From assembly GCA_010015585.1 (NCBI GenBank), contig ML975157.1: a stretch of 64,000 nucleotides of DNA. One strand, given 5' to 3'. The position numbers were made by a program, and so were the translations under genes. Each line of letters opens with the position of its first letter. Position 1 is the stretch's first letter. This document shows, piece by piece, positions 1 to 12,502 of the stretch. This DNA is from Eremomyces bilateralis CBS 781.70. Its lineage: Eukaryota. The notes beneath the pieces are model-generated. The model worked only from the letters and a program-made list of their open reading frames with translations. It was not told the DNA's origin and searched no databases.

Positions 1-894
1 TAGATACGACGGATCGCTCCCAAACCCCGCGTACTTCCCCCCCTCGCTCGGCGCCAAGTCCGCCGACCGCCCCGCGTTCTCTGCCCCCATCCTCGAGAAA
101 TACGCCTCATTCTGCGCTTTCCGCGCTGCTGCTGCTGACAGGCTCGATGTCCCCAGCGCCGGCGACCCTCCCTTCCCCGGTGCCGGCCCCTCCGCTACCC
201 GCGTCCGCGCCACCGGCGTCGCCGCCCGACTGCTCTGCCCGGACGACCCACCCATCGCGGCGCCAGCGCCAGCCCGCTGTTGTGCGCGCTCCGCCGCGGT
301 CTTCCTCCGCTTCTCTCGCTCCTTCTCCACGGAGCCGGCGACGAACTCGCGCCCCTCGACCTTGCAGCTCAAGCGCTCCCGCCACTCCTCGGCGGCGAGG
401 GAATCGTAGCGGTCGGCGACGGTGCAGTCGTCGAAGGTGCGGGCCTGGGCCACGTTGTCTGGGTGGCGGTCAAAGAAGTCGCGCCAGGGTTGGTTGCCGC
501 CGAGGGACATGCGGGCGAGCTCGGCGGGCTTGAAGGCGTCCATGGTGATGGAGCGGACGAAGGAGATGTGGACGCCGAGGCCGCGGTGGATGCCGGAGCA
601 GGTGAGGCACATGAAGATGCCGAGTTTGGGGGAAGCCTGGGAGAGTTAGTGGTGGTGCCCCGGAGGGGCCGATAAGGATGTTGGGGGGTAGAGAGATGAC
701 CTACCCATTGTGGACTCGGTGCGGGGCAATCGACACACACGTTGTTGTTGTTCGTCTTCTGGATCTCGAGGAGCTGTGTTTCGCAACGCCATGTCAGTCA
801 ATTCTCCATAAGCGTCTACTGCACCGAAGGGGGTCTAAAGGCGACTGACCTTGCTCCTTGTCTCCGGATCCACCTCCCACATCTTGCCCGCCAT
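1..894 (-). CDS. GCS1: ADP-ribosylation factor GTPase-activating protein (Gcs1/ArfGAP1 type), 3' part runs off the window start
   Basis: Spliced translation MAGKMWEVDPETRSK (894-850) / LLEIQKTNNNNVCVDCPAPSPQW (from 773) / ASPKLGIFMCLTCSGIHRGLGVHISFVRSITMD gives the ArfGAP CxxC-x16-CxxC-x4-R zinc finger. The introns are GT-AG. Confidence 0.93.
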
Positions 895-1920
895 CTTTGC
901 TCGTGAATTCCCTTGCAATGGGGTTTCGTCCAGGGACTCGATTTATACGATGAGAAGAATGCCGCGGTTTAATTTCAACGGGAGAGAGGGATCGAAGGAC
1001 GATATCGGCGTAGTCACTTCAGGTCGCCTAGCATGCGGAACCTTAGCGATACGAGAAGGTTCAGGATATCGCGATGTAGGTGGTCGGTAACAGCGAAGAT
1101 CCGGAATATGTTGAGCAGTAGCACGGCCGATTCGGTAGTTAGAATTGATAATAGGGACAGTTTTTAGACGTTTAAGATTCCAGGAAGGAAATTGAACGCT
1201 GGGATGTCGTCGTTCGAGACGTAGGAGGGCTGGACAGGAATCAGGGATCTTGATGCCCTGGCTGCAGAGAGCATGTGATTGGTGAATTCAACAGAACATC
1301 CCCAAGCAACGATATCACCCTGAATTCTGAGACAAATATCACTAATATTAGAAGCAAGTTCAATGGGTATCCATAATCATCATGTTCTCTCCAGACTACT
1401 TCAAGTCTAAGAAGTAATATACAATCCCTCTTAGCGCTGCGCGTGCTTTTATATCGAATCTGCATCCTAAGTTCTAGGCCATCGTCCAGATCGGGATGCA
1501 TCCTCGCAGTCTCCGAGACCAGGACGATTCCAACCCACTCCACAGAACCTAACCCACCACAGGAGTCACCCCGTTCGTGGGAAGGCCTGCATATACTCAA
1601 ATCCGATAATCAACCATTCGTCACATCGCCCGCTGCGCGATGATCGCTCGCTGGATCATCGATGAAAACCGCAAAATCCCAGGCGTCGCGGTGACACCAG
1701 TGGGGGGTGTATCTCGTCCCGTACGCCGTTGCTATGAGCGGTCGATCAAGGCGCGAGCCATAGAGCGACAGGATTCGCTGCCGATGACCGCCGTGGCTCG
1801 AAAAACAAAATCTGAATCAAGGAAGGAAACGTCCGTCTATGTACTGGTTTCGCGTGACGTTGGTATCAGGGGGGTGGGGAGAAGTGCTCGTCGAGCTATT
1901 TGTAGGTCGTTGGAGACGGT

Positions 1921-3535
1921 TCATCCAGACCTGCCAATGTTCTGCAGGGACTCGCTGGGTGTGGGTGGGTCAGGGTTTCGCACCTAGTCGAGACTGGTTA
2001 GTACCACTGTCTGAGAGTATAGAGAGCATAGCGATCGAGGGACTTACGTTGAGGATACGCGCAGAATAATCCTGATTGTCCTGCAACGTGTTCAAGCTGG
2101 CCCTGCTGGTGTTGTTCGCCGCTAAGGTCACGGGGTTCAAGCGCTGATCGTACACCAACGGCTTGCTGAGCCGCCGTTCGGAGGTCGGGGTGATCCCGTT
2201 GGACGCTGAATTCTCGCCTCCGCTGTTGCCGGAATCGCCGGATCCCGCGGGCACGCCCTGGTTGGCGTGATACACTTTGGACAGGAAGCCGCCCTTCTTG
2301 AGCGTGCTGGAGTTGCGCGAGGGTCGGTTCTCCACCTGGAACTTTTCGTTGTCCGAGGTCTCTTCTTGGCGGCGACGTCGTCTCCAGATGGCCCAGCAAG
2401 CAATGCCGATTAGGAGGGCGGCGCCGCCCACGGCTCCGATGACGATACCGGCCGTAGATCCGGGTGATCGGGCGGATTTCGCGGGGAGCATCGGCGGGGT
2501 GGGGGGCGCTGTTACCGTTTGCGTCACCACTGAGCCAGACACGGTCGTCAATATGACCGAGCCGGTAGGGCCAGTGGGGATGTCGATTACAGGCGAAGAA
2601 ATTTCGGAGGATGAGGACTAGAGTAAACAGATACGTTAGTATGAGGGTCAGTGTTGAGTGCAGTTAGCCGTTAGGGGTTCAATGCCAGCATACTGGACTG
2701 AGTACAAGAGAGGGATTCACCGAAGTTGATGGGGTGACGGTAACAGTCGATGGCTCCTGGGTAGTCGAAGTCTGTACAGGATTTATTGTCAAAATCAAGG
2801 ATATGAAGGAGAAACAGGTGGTTTTGTGATTCTGAATGCATCATAAAACACTCAAAGGAAAGCTCCAAGGAAATGGCACATGTGCATGAGGGCCCATGTG
2901 CATGAGGATAGAAGTCTGAACCGTGTGAAAATGGTGTAGGGAGGATTTGAGAGTTGCGTTGAATAGAGGGAGATATCAAAGGGCCCCTCAAGTGTGCAGG
3001 CAGAAACTCAGGGCCAGTGTTGTCGCTCAATCATAAGTCATTGCCAATGTCGGTGCTAGTGCCAAGCAATGTGCAATGTTGCATACGCCGAAGTAATAGC
3101 AGTCTGGCAACTTACCGAAGTCGAAGGAGTTCCAGCGTCTCCACTCTTCGTTCCAGATGGTTTGTTGTTCTCAACTACAATGTAGCCAAAGAGGCCCTTC
3201 CCTTCATTCCCACACTTGTCCGCGGGATATCCAGGACACTTCTCACCACAGTCGCTGACGGGTTGCTCGTCGGCGGGAGCATAGTTGGAGCACCAGCAAT
3301 TCTTGTTCTGCACGATGGCGAATGCATACTTCGTGCAGCTGTCATGGCAAAAGCCATTGGATTGGAAATCGCTTGGGATCGAAGTAAAGTCGGATCCTGT
3401 GTTTCCGGGGCTACAGTAGGACTGAGAGAGCACAGCTGATGTGAATACCGGGAAGGAAAAGAGGAAGAGAATCAGAATCTGAAGGTAATTTGGACCAGCA
3501 GGCTGGCCAAGAGGAGGACGAGGATTTGTCGGCAT
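1921..3535 (-). CDS. WSC-domain cell wall integrity sensor (Wsc1/Slg1-like), 4 exons
   Basis: Signal peptide, Cys-rich WSC domain (FQSNGFCHDSC...CWCSN...CPGYPADKCG), S/T stalk, TM helix (AGIVIGAVGGAALLIGIACWAIW-RRRRR), cytosolic DQRLNP and terminal V-R-NPD motif after intron 2047-1984. Exons approx. 3535-3116, 2771-2694 (or 2721), 2617-2048, 1983-1921. Confidence 0.88.
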
Positions 3536-6500
3536 GGTCGAGGCGGTGGAAGGTACTCTTCCTCAAGACCTGATCTAGGTTGAAGATATGCAAGTCAGCT
3601 ATGCTCATAGTACCGCCATTTACCGAAGGGTACATGATGAATTGGTGCAGGACCGAGCAAATGGATGAAATCAATACCTCTGCTCCCGGCAGACAATCAG
3701 GCTATGAATGCTGCCGACATTGGAAGGACACAAAGAAACGGGGAAATCTCCCGCCCCTCCGCCTCTGTTGGATAGTGGTATCTCGATGGACAAATGATGC
3801 AACTGGCAAGCTTGCAGCAGATGTCAACGGGAGGCAGGCAAGGGCAGACTGGTAGGGGCAGGGGATGGATAAGGTGGTTGGTGCAGGGAGCAGAACAGAA
3901 GTATCGGTGACGGGAGGCGTCGTGAGGAGGAACTTGAAGATCCAACAAGGAAAAGAAATAGGATATGAGTGATGGAGGGAGAGGAGGACTGAGGAGGGCG
4001 AGGAGAGTGGAATAGGTAGATCGGAAAAGAGAAAAGAGGTCCGATTGTTAGTCAGTACTAAGGAAGTGGAGATCGGGAATGAAGGAAGAATGCAAGATTT
4101 GTCTCGGGGGATGCGATGGATGTACAGTATGAAAACCAAACTAAGAACAACTAAGAACAGGAAGGTTTGGTGGCACGACGGAGTGACGAACAACTCTTGA
4201 CACTTCGCAATTCACCGAGACAACCAACTCTTCATCCCAAGCGTTCTTCATTCCTAGCAATTTGTGAAAGGCTGAAAACCTGCATGCTCCGTCCGACTCT
4301 TGGACAATTGGACGCTCGGGCCGGATCCATCCTTCATCATCCCGCAGAAAATTACAGGTACTTAAATGATACTAAATCCTTACCAAGAATTTAAGGTTGT
4401 TGGGTGGCGGAGATGCGATGAATGCGGATCTCGCTAGGCGCTACTCCCCCAACCACGCTAATGATCGTGGTCGATGCAGCGCTACGGTGTCAAGTCTCAA
4501 GGGTTCCTGACACCGCACTGTCTCGTCGTCGAATTTGGAGCTGATAGTGATAGGGTCGGAGGGAAGTGCTTACACTCACTCAGCTAAAAGTTGTTTTGGG
4601 AAGGGGACGTCAACGATGGAGGATGGAGGTGAGAATCTCGAGATTGGCGGTGGAAGAAGATGGCCACCAACTTGTTCTTGTCCTCATTTGTTATGAAATC
4701 ACCATCCAACTAGTCATCGATGCCTGGTCTCTCTCGCATCGAGGCTGCGAGGCCGTCGAAGTAGCTGAGTTGAAGCATTTCCCAATGTGGATATTGACGG
4801 GGATCTCATGAGCGTGGACCACCATGATGCGGGCGCAGAACTTAAACTTCAATGCTGTGTAATCCTTCGGATCACCCGAGTGCACGATAATACGATCATA
4901 ATCCCATCCGTGACTATTCGCGACGGTCCTGCGACACGCAATATCTCCCTTGACAGTCATAAGAAACGCAAGACGAAGCCGGATCTACACTGTGAGGCGT
5001 TGGAGGGGGGACCGGAGTTTATATATCATTCTTTTATGAAAATGTCTCTCCCGACCGGTCTCCGGTTCCGAATTTGCGGCGACTTGGGAAAGGATTCGTC
5101 ACTTGGATTTATCACTTGAATCATCAACTACTAGTTCGCATCCGCAAATGCTGCATACAGCTGGACCACGGGGTCGTCATCCGGTACTTCCGCGCTGAGT
5201 GAAGACAGAGCCAGAACTACGAATCCATTTCTAGTCGGGCGGGAACAATCCCAGCTCCGCTACTGCTCTTGGCTCAACCAGCCAAAGAATGGAGCTCGGA
5301 AGTTCCAGATCCAAGTATAAAGGAAAGAAATACCGAAGAGAAAGAAGGGATCCACCCATGGATCAAGTCTTAATGAACGGATGAAAACATTAATAGAGGC
5401 TCTCGAAGTCCTTGAGAGACCGCAATTGAACCCTCGCTCGGCGAATCCCTCTCCTTGGTGCAACAAATGGCATCCAGAAAACAGGGGACGTATATGGGGA
5501 ATTCTGGGGAATGCCGAATGGAGAACAAACAAAGCTCGGATTGGTATAAATTGGTCAACCAAAGATCGATTGCCGTCGTATCGGCTACTTTATTCGGATA
5601 CATCAACCCTCTAGTTACCGGGGTTTGACGCCTGGCGCTTTGCACTTTGCACTTTGCAGGCTTAATTCGGTTCTAACAAGTATTGGAATTTCGAACTACG
5701 TGGCAGTGGATTGATTCAACAGCGATGGATCGGAAGGGATTCGAGGATACGGTCGTTAGATGACGAGCTAACGACAAGGGCAGCAAGAGACATCCACGAT
5801 TCTACAGATCTACAACTCGACTTCCCATCTTTGCAGCTGAAATACTTAACACTTCCAAGTTCCAAGCTTCTGGCTACGATCGCTTCCGTAGCTGCCGATC
5901 CGATGTCAACAATATCCACTTCGTCGATTCCCGTCTGCCGTCAGTCTCCCATGGTGATACTTGCGGTGGGCTAAACGCGGGAAAATCATGACGATCACAA
6001 GCATTCGCATCGTCGTCATCCTAGTAACCATGAGGAATAGGGAGGCCCTTGATCCGTTGTACCCTCAGCCATCGTCTCGTGGAGGTCATACGAAGTCTAC
6101 AAACCGGAAGCCAAAAGCGTCGGGCCGGTTTGAGGAGCCGTGATACGATGCGGAGACGAGCCAAAACCGCATGGTTACGTCCTTCGGTCTCCAACACATG
6201 ACACTGGACGTCCAGTCGAGGAGCACAAAGATGTCAGTTGCGTCACATTCCAAAGATCGGACGAGAAGACCCGTCTGGAATCTATGTGGTGGATGATCCC
6301 TTCGACATGCCAACGGAATCGTGCATAAATCCGCCCCGTGATGCTTCGGCGAGGCATATCGTTGTCTGGCCATGTGTTGAACGGAACTCGAAAGACGTGG
6401 AGTTGTACAGCATGAGAAGCACGAATCCAGCGACACGCGGCTTCGGACCATCGGGCGCTGGATTATCAAATACCAGATAACCATACCAGAGGAAGTATGA

Positions 6501-7777
6501 ATATGGTTATCAATCCGAGTTCCGTCAGATTTCGATCCGATGGAAAACTTGAGCCATATTCGAAGAGAATGGTGACATTTCCTCAAATTCGCGCGTCACT
6601 CATACCACAATAGGCCATACAATAATACTCAAATCTCGTCCCTTGTTCAACCCTTATCCTCCTTGGTCTCAAATGGTCCAATCCCACGAGATGGAATTGT
6701 CTCCTTGTACGACGAGACAAATGATCTCTCCTAACAATCACTTGTTACCTAACTTGGGTTTTGACAGGACACACGAGAGTTGATTCAGGTATTCTCCCCC
6801 TTCGACCCGAGTCTCGATCCCAAGGCCCAAAGGCCAAATCCTTCCCGCCCATATCGTCATGTCATGCGGATCCCAATCACCGAGCGGGTCGCTAGAACGC
6901 TCGAGCGCTATGCCCCGAGCCGCTGCCCCCTGACACGATAACTTGGGCGATTTCCCGTCTTTCATCCAATCAGAATCGTGAATCTGTCGTCCTCGATGGA
7001 TTCGAGATCCACATCGAAACCAACACTAGAATTTCAGAACTGCGTGTTTCAAAAACACGGGAAACCCTTGAGGGATAGGGTGTTTCACATGGGCTGCGAT
7101 TCCTTCGGGCATGGCTAATATGATAACAATAGTTCAAATGACTTCACAGGATTCTAGGGGTGCCTTATATTTTCATCTATCGAAGCTTGTAGTAGAAGCC
7201 ACAGGGTTCACGCCAAGTGGCGAAGAGCCGCTTCTCTTCATTTGGGATCTTGGCCTTGGGAGGCCATGTTGACCTCATTTTTGAGATGATGATATGCAGG
7301 ACGGAAGAGGAAAACGTGATGTCATCAGGGGAATGCTAAGGCTTATGTGTACGTACTGTAGACGCTTCACGAGATACCACTGGAATATCGCAAGGCGTCA
7401 AGAACAATACCAATGAAGTTAAAGCAAATTATGTTCGTTCACTTGCTGTAGAAACGATGGAACGAACAACCCGCAAATCCGTCTATAAAGCCGTAGCTCC
7501 GCAAGTATAATCAAGTTATTGACGTCGTCATACACTCATACTACTTGTATGCTCTAAATTCCTATGTTGCCGGGGGCTCCGAAAACACAAGAATGTGTTC
7601 CGTTAAACATGGTGAATACTCCGCTCTGTATACTAGTATCCGATCAATAATATCGCTTCCGCCAATGGCCATAGCAACCGCAACCTCGAGAACGCCGACT
7701 GGATAACGTTTCCAAACGAGCCAACGCTGTTGTAAGGTGCTTATAATCGAGTGCGCTCTGAACGGGACAGCGACCGC

Positions 7778-9168
7778 TTACAACTTCGACTTCTTTCCCC
7801 CTGCGACACCGGTCACAGGCTTCCCCGTGAAGAGGAAATCGGGATACCCAAACGCTCCACCAGAGCCGACACCAGATGTATGCCAGGCACCTCCATCCAC
7901 TATGCAGGAAAGCAAGTCAGTCATCCATTTCCCACCTCTGGAAGGTCGTGGAACGAAAGGACGTCAAAAACTTACCGACAAGGATCTCCCCATTGACGTA
8001 ATTCGCCGCATCCGAGAACAAATAGACCGTCGAATCCGCAATCTCCTTCACGGTCCCCCATCGGCCCGACGGGATCATGCGCTTGGACGCGGCGGCGTTC
8101 TCTTTCTTGGACAGTCGCTCCATGCCTTCCGTGCCGGAGATGGGACCAGGCGAGATGACGTTGGAGGTAATGCCGAAGGGCCCGTATTCGAGACAGACGG
8201 AGTGAGCCAGTGCATCGACACCGGCTTTCGCAACTGAGGGGGCGCCTTGCATGACCGTGCCGGAGTAGTGAAGAGTGGCGCTGACGAAGATAATGCGGCC
8301 GCCGGTACCGCGGGGAGGAGCTAGTGGGGAGTAAGTATTAGGGGAGATTGAATGTCGGGGTATAGGATTAGGGGGAGAATCCGGTGAAAGCAATGATATA
8401 CTTACGAGTGATGCCGTCGGTCTTGTACTTGGCTGCCGATTCTTTCAGATATCCGATGGTGGCTTTGACGGTGTTGTATGAGCCCAGGACATCGATATCC
8501 ATAACGGACTTGAATGCATTCGACGAAATCTGCTCCAACGGTGCTAGAAAGTTTCCCGCTGCTCCCGCACTACAGGAATATTAGCCTCTATTCCCCTTCC
8601 CCCCCTGAAAGAGCGTCCCTCGACTGTCAACCCCTTGGAAACACTCACATCACGAAATCAATGCTCCCTAACTCCTTCGCGCACCGATCCGCCGCGGCCT
8701 GCAAGCTCTCGATGCTCCGAACATCTACGCCGCCCAGAGCGAGGACTTTGGATCCCTTCCGCGCCGTCATGATGTCGGCGGCCATCTTCTCCGTCTTCTC
8801 GACATTGCGGCCGATGATGGCGGCGTTGGCGCCGAGATGCACCATGGCGCGCACTTGCACGCTGCAGATGGAGCCGGCGCCGCCGGTGCAGAAGACCACC
8901 TTGTTCTCTGGAGGCGGCGTTAGTAAGGATTCACCGCCTATGTTCGACGATGAGTAACCGCAAGGTGTAATGCCTCACGGGTCGGAGAGTTGATTCCGAG
9001 CTACACAACGGATCGCAGTCGTGCGTGGTTGCTAGCTAGGAAAGATATGGCTCGAAATCATGGCGCTCCGGGTTGAGAGGAATACCTCCGCCAGATGAAA
9101 GTGCTTGACGTACCAAAGATTCCATCTCTCCATACATCACTGACATATTCGTGTCTTTGCATCGGCAT
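7778..9168 (-). CDS. SPS19: Peroxisomal 2,4-dienoyl-CoA reductase (SDR family)
   Basis: MPMQRHEYVSDVWRDGIF / VVFCTGGAGSIC / AGAAGNFLAP / AKAGVDAL / SNVISPGPI..TEG / GEILV-VDGGAWH. The C-terminus GKKSKL* is a canonical PTS1. Confidence 0.93.
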
Positions 9169-10063
9169 CTTGGTGAATTGATAGCCTAACGAGGCGATGA
9201 TATTATAATATTAGGTTCCGGCTACCCACGGCTTCCAAGCTCTTGTGATAACTGCACGCTCGACCGATATTCCACTTGCTCCCAGGAGTTTCCAATGTGC
9301 AGACGCTGGCAGAGTTCCGGAGTCTAAATCACTTAAAAGTTCATCAAGGAAAGTTGCTCGTCGAGACTAGACGTCTAGAGTGGAAATAACGTGTTGCGGC
9401 CTGCGGGACGATTCTCGGTCCTGATGTCAGCAGGAGCGGAGGACGCCCAACGGCGTTGCCGAGGTCACCAATGGTGCCGCTATAGAACTTGCTTGTGAGA
9501 TGAGAGGACAATAGTGGGGAAGGAAAAAAGAATTCAATTAAAGGTTTGAAGAGACTGTAAATATACAACCCTCAGTAGAGCATTACACCTATTTTCTAAG
9601 CATGTCTATCTATTGTGAGTAACCATGCTTCCTCTGGTAATGATTTCATATGCAACGCAACCGGCAGACGAGAGTGAACCAATCACCGACGAGGGAAGAG
9701 CGTTGGTCTTGGCACGAACAAGCTCGATATCCAGGTCTTGAACTCATGGAATTAACGACAAATAATTAATCAATTATCAAGTTCTTAAGCAGGTCCTTAA
9801 GCAGCTCGTTAAACCTGTTACGTAACACTCGTTGGCCAGGAACCAAAGGGCCAAGAAATCGAAGCTTCAAGCAATCTACGGCAAAATCCGGCAGCCCTTC
9901 AGCTACTTCACCATCTAGTTCGCCTCTAAGCTTGCTCCCATATCGTCTTTGACACCAAACAACATCAAGTTTTTGTATCTGGATCACCATCAAGACCTTT
10001 GCTATAACGTCCACACCCAAACCCCTCATCGCGAGATCGCTCGAAAGCACCAGATCAGTCGAT

Positions 10064-10115
10064 ATCGCAGGATCGCAGGATCGCAGGATCGCAGGATCGC
10101 AGGATCGCAGGATCG
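10064..10115. repeat. Perfect tandem repeat (ATCGCAGG) x6.5 in the 5' leader of the ATG33-like gene
   Basis: Read directly from the sequence; it ends 8 nt before the ATG at 10124. Confidence 0.97.
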
Positions 10116-10123
10116 TCTTCACC

Positions 10124-10761
10124 ATGCCCTCACTCCTTGCGTCTAACCTAAAGTTCGTCGGGGTTGTGAGTCTCGGGCTCTTAACGGTACGTCTTCAGCC
10201 CGCCCATCCCACCGACCAAGATCAAACTCCGAATATCATCGAAGATATAGAAATCCATACTGACAGCCATCTCCACAGGGCCTCAACTACTCCCTCCACA
10301 CCGTCGCCATCCCCCCCCTCCTCACCCTTCCCACCGCCACCACCGCCAACACCACCCTCACCACCCTTAAAGCCGCCACCACCTTCCACCAATGCGCCCT
10401 CACCCTTCTCGCCTCCTCCTCGCTTCTCCTCGCCTACTACATCTCGCCGCCGCACAGCCGCCACCCCTACATCCTCTGGGTGCTGCTGGCCACGGGCGCC
10501 GGCGCCAGCGTGGACGGCGTCACGAGCTGCGTCGCGAGCTGTGCGGGCGGGCGCGCCGGGACGCGCGGAAAGGCGCGGGAGGAGGCCGCAGCAAAGCGGA
10601 GGGAGATTGTTGAGATGGATTCGGAGGAGGAGGAGGAGTTGAATGGGGAGGAGGTGCGGGAGGGGTTGATTAGGTTTCGGTTGCTGCAGGGGATTAAGGG
10701 CGCACTGTGGGGTTCCGGGTTGGTCATGGCCGTGGTGGGCATTTGGGGAGATGGAGCATGA
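10124..10761 (+). CDS. ATG33: Atg33/Scm4-like mitochondrial outer membrane protein, 2 exons
   Basis: Exon 1 10124-10186 (LKFVGVVSLGLLT), intron 10187-10278, exon 2 GLNYSLHTVAIPPLLTLPTA...RHPYILW...LNGEEVR...MAVVGIWGDGA*. These motifs are typical of fungal Atg33. Confidence 0.8.
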
Positions 10762-11388
10762 GGAGATGGGACTGTGAAAATGGTTGATTGTTGTTCAATC
10801 TTTGGACGGGATATAGATTTGCCGGCGTTTTCGATGCAATGGTCGGAAAGGGTCAGGGTTTCGGCAATATTCTGACCTGTGGGACTGTTTTGCATCGATC
10901 ATGATGAGATTGATGTGCTATGGATCACGATTGCTACAATTCATCTTTCCACTCCGTTTAGATGAGATGGAAGGCCTCCTCAACGTCATATCAGCAACGG
11001 CGTTTTGAGATCCAATACTATTTCAACTTTACTCAATGTCTACTCTATCACATCGGTGAACAATACACATCTGATGGATCGCTGCCATGCAAGTGTCAAG
11101 GTGTAATCACAACAAAGAAGAGTTTGGAGAACACAAACAGCAATCGAATTAAAACATGTCAGACAAGAAAGGTACATCGAAGGAGGGAAAGAGAAAATAA
11201 AATCCACCATTCAAATCCATCGCCACAGGGAGAATCATGACGGAGGAAAGAGACAAACAGGTGCCATTCACCATCCTCAAGACGCCGTTGCTCCAATCCA
11301 TTCACCCATGTGCCCATAGGAAAGCAAGAGAGTCGGATCTTAGTCTGCAAACCAACCACCTCCTCTCCAGCGCTCAATGTCCGTTGAG

Positions 11389-12502
11389 CTAGACCTTGGC
11401 ATGTGGCTTCTCATGAGCAACCTGAACCTTGTTCAACTTCTTGATGGTCTCAAGGTCCGTCTTGACCACGAAGACCACCTCGGAAGGATGGTGGATAGGA
11501 ATCGGCGTCGGCTGTGCAGGAGACAAGGGGGGTGCGCGGATGACCGGCGCCTGGGAAGGCGTGGGTTCCGCAGGGACTTCACCACGCTTATTTCCGTTGA
11601 CAATGCCACCGTAGGTACGCGAGCAGGCCTCATCGTAGCAGATGTACTCGGCTTTGGTGGGAGTGACGACGATCTCCTTGGTGAAGCAGGCGGGAACAGT
11701 CTTGGATGAGATGACCGCGGTAGCGATCACAGTCGGATCACACCAGCTGGTCGTGGAGGTGAACGCGCCACAGACGAAAGGATCGCAGGGCGGGCAAGTG
11801 CGGTGAGGACCAGGCTTGCAATTGCAGCCAGGGTTGGTGTGGCAGGACTTGTCCCAATTGGATTTGTGATCGGAGGAAGGCAAGACGCCGATGTGCTTGT
11901 GCTTGTGATGGTGGACATGAACATTGGGGTCATCATGCTTGTCATCATCGTGATGATCGCTGCTATCATGATGCTTATTCTCCTTCTCCTTCTTGGGCTT
12001 CTCATTATTCTCCTTCTCCTTCTTGGGCTTCTCCTTCTCTGGCTTCTTTTCCTTGTGATGCTTCTTTTTCTTGCCGCAGTCCAACTTGACCGAGGAAGCA
12101 GCCTGGTCGCTCAACGGTGAAGCAGGGTTACATTTCCCGGAACGAGTGGCAAGCTCGTAGACTTCCATGGCATCACCGGCACAGCCATGAGACCGGTAAG
12201 TGGTGATGGAGCAATGTGACTTGTAGGTGTCGCCCTTCCAATGTCTCGGGAATGCCGCGAAGCTCCAGAAGGGATGGTCGATGTCTTTGCAGTGGCCCTC
12301 CTTGATATGCTCCCTCTCGGCAATCCGAGGTGACGTGCATTTTGGCTCACTGTAGAGCTCGACATGGGCCCGAACACTGTGGTGGGCGTCGGTAAGACAG
12401 AGGAGGGAGGCAAAAGCCCCAAAGATCTTGATGGTACATGTTAATGAAAAAGAAGTGTGAGGGACGATTACAGAAACAACTCACGATGACTTTCTTCACC
12501 AT
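11389..12502 (-). CDS. Secreted Cys-rich, His/Lys/Glu-rich protein of unknown function, 2 exons
   Basis: Exon 1 12502-12485 (MVKKVI), 58-nt GT-AG intron, exon 2 12426-11389, open and in frame with the track ORF 11389..12168. The spliced N-terminus MVKKVIIFGAFASLLCLTDA is a signal peptide. Confidence 0.75.

Noticed and set aside
107..675. Several overlapping 90-130 aa ORFs on both strands
   Set aside because: Shadow frames of the GC-rich ArfGAP exon. The same applies to most other short track ORFs that overlap called genes.
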